Of a stretch of DNA of 64,000 nucleotides, positions 60,799 to 64,000 are shown one piece after another. The stretch lies in the IMG/VR virus record IMGVR_UViG_3300006217_000028. One strand, written 5' to 3'. The number at the start of each line of letters is the position of its first letter. Positions within the stretch are counted from its first letter, which is position 1. The notes beneath the pieces are model-generated. The model was not told where the DNA came from, ran no database searches, and was given only the letters and a program-made list of their open reading frames with translations. A program made the position numbers and the translations under genes. Source of the DNA: a virus (taxonomy: Duplodnaviria; Heunggongvirae; Uroviricota; Caudoviricetes).

Positions 60799-63618
60799 AT
60801 GGGGGCAATTTTGAACGAGATAGAAGATGTGCTGATGCACTATGGTATGCCGAGGCGTTCTGGACGGTATCCCTGGGGGTCAGGGGAAAATCCCTATCAG
60901 CATAGCGGCGACTTTCTCAGCCGTGTGTATGAGCTTAGAAAGCAAAACTTTACTTACACAGATGAGGATGGTAAGCTGTGGACTGGTGATACCGCTATCG
61001 CGAAGTCTATGGGCCTTACCAGCAGTCAGCTCAGAACTCAGATGAGTCTAGCAAAGGATGAGCGAAGATCACTACAAGTAGCCACGGCCAAGGGGCTGCG
61101 CGAGAAAGGGTACAGCCTTAATGAAATTGCCGAAAAGATGGGTTTCGCAAATGATTCATCTGTGCGCTCCCTACTCAACGAGAATGCTGAGGCTCGTATG
61201 AACAAGGCGAGAAATGTTGCCGATATTCTGCGGAATGAACTGGAAACAAAGAAAATGATCGACGTTGGCGCCGGTGTTGAGCGTGAACTCGGGGTCTCTC
61301 GGGAAAAACTCGAAGAGGCCCTCTATATTTTGCAGATGGAAGGTTATCCCGTCTACGGTGGTGGCGTTGCGCAGGCTACCAACAAAGGCAAGCAAACCAA
61401 CCTGAAAGTTCTATGCCAACCGGGTACGGAACACAAAGAGATGTACGAATACGGTGAGATACAGTCGCTTATCGACTATACTTCCGATGATGGCGGCGAA
61501 ACGTTTCGCAAGGCGTTTCAGTACCCTGAAAGTATGGATTCTGGCCGGCTACAAATTCGTTATGCGGAAGATGGCGGTGTCAACAAAGACGGCGTGATTG
61601 AACTTCGCCGAGGCGTTTCTGACTTGTCGCTAGGCGAATCCAACTATGCTCAGGTTCGAATTCTTGTCGACGGAAACCGGTATATCAAAGGTATGGCGGT
61701 TTATGGAGATGATGCTGACTTCCCTCCAGGGGTCGATGTAATCTTTAACACAAACAAGAAAAGCGGCGTTCCAAAGATGGATGTACTAAAACCCATCAGC
61801 GCTGACCCCGACAATCCCTTTGGGTCCCTTATTAAAGAGCATGGCGGGCAAAGCACCTACATCGACAAAGATGGTAAAGAAAGGCTGTCTCTTATCAATA
61901 AGCGCGCTGAAGAAGGCGATTGGGGGGATTGGAGCGACAATCTTCCCTCCCAGTTCTTATCAAAGCAAAGTATGCCGCTTATCAAGAAACAGCTTAATCT
62001 GGCTGCCGCTGATAGAGAGGCTGAATTCAACGAAATCTGTGCTCTTACCAATCCAACCGTTAAGAAACGGCTGTTACAATCGTTCGCTGATGATTGCGAT
62101 GCAGCGGCTGTGCATCTGAAAGCAGCGGCATTGCCAAGACAAAAGTATCAGGTAATTCTACCATTGACTTCCGTCAAGGACGCAGAAGTATATGCTCCTA
62201 ATTACCATGATGGCGAGACTGTGGCTCTTATTCGGTACCCCCATGGGGGTACTTTCGAGATACCTATCCTTAAGGTAAATAACAAGCTTCCTGAAGGGCA
62301 GAGAGTGCTTGGAAAGACCCCAGCTGACGCTATCGGAATAAATAAAAAGGTTGCTGATCGGTTATCAGGCGCTGACTTTGATGGGGACACGGTTATGGTA
62401 ATTCCCTGTAATTCCTCCCGGTCTAATGTGAAGATTACCTCGACTCCTCCTTTGAGGGGGCTTGAGGGATTTGACCCCAAAGATAAGTACCAGTATGACA
62501 CAAAGACCATGGACTCTGCCGGTAATGTTCACTATTACCGTAATGGGGTCGAATTCAAAGCGATGCGGAATACCCAGACAGAGATGGGTAAGATTTCCAA
62601 CTTGATTACGGATATGACGTTGAAAGGAGCCTGTCAGGATGAAATAGCCCGTGCCGTCCGGCACAGTATGGTTGTCATCGATGCTGAAAAACATGGCTTG
62701 GACTATAAGCGCAGCGCCCAGGAAAATGGTATATCCGCCCTTAAAAAGAGCTACCAGTACCGAGTTGATGAAGACGGTACTGTTCATGACGGAGCGTCAA
62801 CCCTTATTTCCAGGGCCAGCTCTGAGAAGTCGGTACCCAAGCGGCGTGGCAGTCCACAGATAGACCCTGATACTGGCGAGCAGAGCTGGAAACTTGCTAG
62901 AGATAGTGATCGTTTCTACACTGTGGAAAAAGTTAACAAGCGAACCGGCGAAGTAAAAACCGTGCAAAAAGAGCGAACTCAGCAGAGCACACAAATGGCC
63001 GAGACTCGTGACGCTAGGCGTCTGTCCTCCGGTACAAAACAGGAAGAAGCCTACGCTGATTATGCTAATCGGATGAAAGCACTTGGCAATAAAGCGAGAA
63101 AAGAGATGGTTTCGACTGGCCGCATAAAGTATGATGCCTCAGCTAAAGCGGTCTACAAGAAAGAAGTCGATTCTCTTAATGCAAAGCTGAATGTATCCTT
63201 GAAGAATGCTCCACGCGAACGCCAGGCTCAGACAATGGCCAACGCTACCATGAAGGCTAAAAAGCAAGAGTATCCAGACATGACTAAGGCTGAAGAGAAA
63301 AAAGCGAGTCAGCAAGCTCTTACTGCATCGCGCTTAAAAGTTGGTGCACAGCGCAGCCCGATTAAAATTACTGATCGTGAATGGGAAGCGATTCAAGCAG
63401 GCGCAATCACTGAGAATCAACTGTCAAAAATTCTTAACAATGCGGACATTGACGACATCCGGAAAAGAGCAACGCCTCGGGCAACGACACAGCTCAGCCA
63501 GTCTAAAATCAGTTTGATCTCCTCTCTCAAGGCGTCTGGCTACACTACGTCGCAAATCGCTGCTCGTCTCGGCATATCGTCTTCTACTGTAACAAAGTAT
63601 CTCAATGGAAAGGGGTGA
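60799..63618 (+). CDS. Putative YonO-like single-polypeptide two-barrel RNA polymerase with N- and C-terminal sigma-region-4-like HTH modules
   Basis: 939 aa. ...ALIRYPHGGTFEIPILKVNNKLPEGQRVLGKTPADAIGINKKVADRLSGADFDGDTVMVIP aligns with the beta-prime DPBB catalytic loop [48 protein letters not shown] (R.P, EP.L, ADFDGD..MaV.P). HTH-like GYSLNEIAEKMGFANDSSVRSLL at aa about 95-120. GYTTSQIAARLGISSSTVTKYL at the extreme C-terminus. Size is close to SPbeta YonO. Confidence 0.45.
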   Translation: MGAILNEIEDVLMHYGMPRRSGRYPWGSGENPYQHSGDFLSRVYELRKQNFTYTDEDGKLWTGDTAIAKSMGLTSSQLRTQMSLAKDERRSLQVATAKGLREKGYSLNEIAEKMGFANDSSVRSLLNENAEARMNKARNVADILRNELETKKMIDVGAGVERELGVSREKLEEALYILQMEGYPVYGGGVAQATNKGKQTNLKVLCQPGTEHKEMYEYGEIQSLIDYTSDDGGETFRKAFQYPESMDSGRLQIRYAEDGGVNKDGVIELRRGVSDLSLGESNYAQVRILVDGNRYIKGMAVYGDDADFPPGVDVIFNTNKKSGVPKMDVLKPISADPDNPFGSLIKEHGGQSTYIDKDGKERLSLINKRAEEGDWGDWSDNLPSQFLSKQSMPLIKKQLNLAAADREAEFNEICALTNPTVKKRLLQSFADDCDAAAVHLKAAALPRQKYQVILPLTSVKDAEVYAPNYHDGETVALIRYPHGGTFEIPILKVNNKLPEGQRVLGKTPADAIGINKKVADRLSGADFDGDTVMVIPCNSSRSNVKITSTPPLRGLEGFDPKDKYQYDTKTMDSAGNVHYYRNGVEFKAMRNTQTEMGKISNLITDMTLKGACQDEIARAVRHSMVVIDAEKHGLDYKRSAQENGISALKKSYQYRVDEDGTVHDGASTLISRASSEKSVPKRRGSPQIDPDTGEQSWKLARDSDRFYTVEKVNKRTGEVKTVQKERTQQSTQMAETRDARRLSSGTKQEEAYADYANRMKALGNKARKEMVSTGRIKYDASAKAVYKKEVDSLNAKLNVSLKNAPRERQAQTMANATMKAKKQEYPDMTKAEEKKASQQALTASRLKVGAQRSPIKITDREWEAIQAGAITENQLSKILNNADIDDIRKRATPRATTQLSQSKISLISSLKASGYTTSQIAARLGISSSTVTKYLNGKG

Positions 63619-63878
63619 GCTTGGTGATTGAAAGAAGATGCGCTCTGACCACCTTTGACAACCCGTACGATCCGTTCGACGAGTTCACTCAGTGGTGGCT
63701 CTATGACGAGATGCGTGGTTACCATTCTTGCGCGTATCTTGCTCGTATCGCCAGAACCTCCGATCAGTTCACCGATGAGGAGAATGATAGAGAGGTAGAG
63801 AGAGCCATCGACGAAATTATCGATCTTGATTTCATGGCGATATACAAGAAAGTGGTTCAAGAAACAGTTGCGGCTTAG
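63615..63878 (+). CDS. Hypothetical phage protein (87 aa)
   Basis: GTG start overlapping the upstream stop. Conserved-looking DNPYDPFDEFTQWWLYDE motif. Confidence 0.45.
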   Translation: MSLVIERRCALTTFDNPYDPFDEFTQWWLYDEMRGYHSCAYLARIARTSDQFTDEENDREVERAIDEIIDLDFMAIYKKVVQETVAA

Positions 63879-64000
63879 ATTGCAATCTTTTGTTTCGTAA
63901 ATCTTTAGAACGAGTAGATTCTAGTCAAGCCGCAATAAAGGATAGCTGTCATACCTCGCGAACCTATGGTGAGTATATAGGAGGGGGTCTCTCAAAACAC

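Larger units (their letters stand above)
1..64000. mobile_element. Temperate siphovirus-type phage / prophage genome segment (tail - DGR - lysis - xis/int/attP - early - replication modules)
   Basis: Co-linear + strand modules: tape measure, Dit, Tal, fibres, holin/XhlA, excisionase, tyrosine integrase, many small early ORFs with hairpin+T-run terminators, replication genes. Firmicutes-style RBS (AAAGGAGG, 6-10 nt spacing). Confidence 0.8.

Overview
The whole 64-kb window reads as one contiguous segment of a temperate siphovirus-type phage or prophage. Shine-Dalgarno use (AAAGGAGG) points to a Firmicutes/Clostridia-like host. GC is roughly 50 percent, with three AT-rich islands. Almost all genes sit on the + strand. 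Gene order: tail tape-measure (its start may lie upstream of the window), Dit, Tal, repeat-rich fibre proteins, a complete diversity-generating retroelement (DGR) cassette, lysis genes, excisionase, tyrosine integrase and attP-like DNA. After that come about 30 small early genes, most with their own terminator, then a replication and nucleotide-metabolism module, and last a large gene whose catalytic signature suggests a YonO-like two-barrel RNA polymerase. The most notable system is the DGR (11466-15774). The 836-aa fibre ORF ends in a variable repeat. A template repeat 470 bp downstream differs from it almost only at template adenines. A reverse transcriptase with DGR-type motifs follows directly. 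Other observations worth a second look: a 29-bp promoter-like motif with identical internal spacing repeated ten times; a fused helicase-primase-family B polymerase; a dCTP deaminase next to a ThyX-like protein that has lost the RHR motif; an HsdM-like methylase missing NPPF; an RlmN/Cfr C-terminal domain without the radical-SAM cysteines; three tandem paralogous membrane-anchored genes; and a repeat-dense intergenic region with a long inverted repeat in a 5-prime leader. No capsid, portal or terminase genes lie in the window, and no rRNA, tRNA or CRISPR array was found. All family assignments come from motif reading by eye and need database confirmation.
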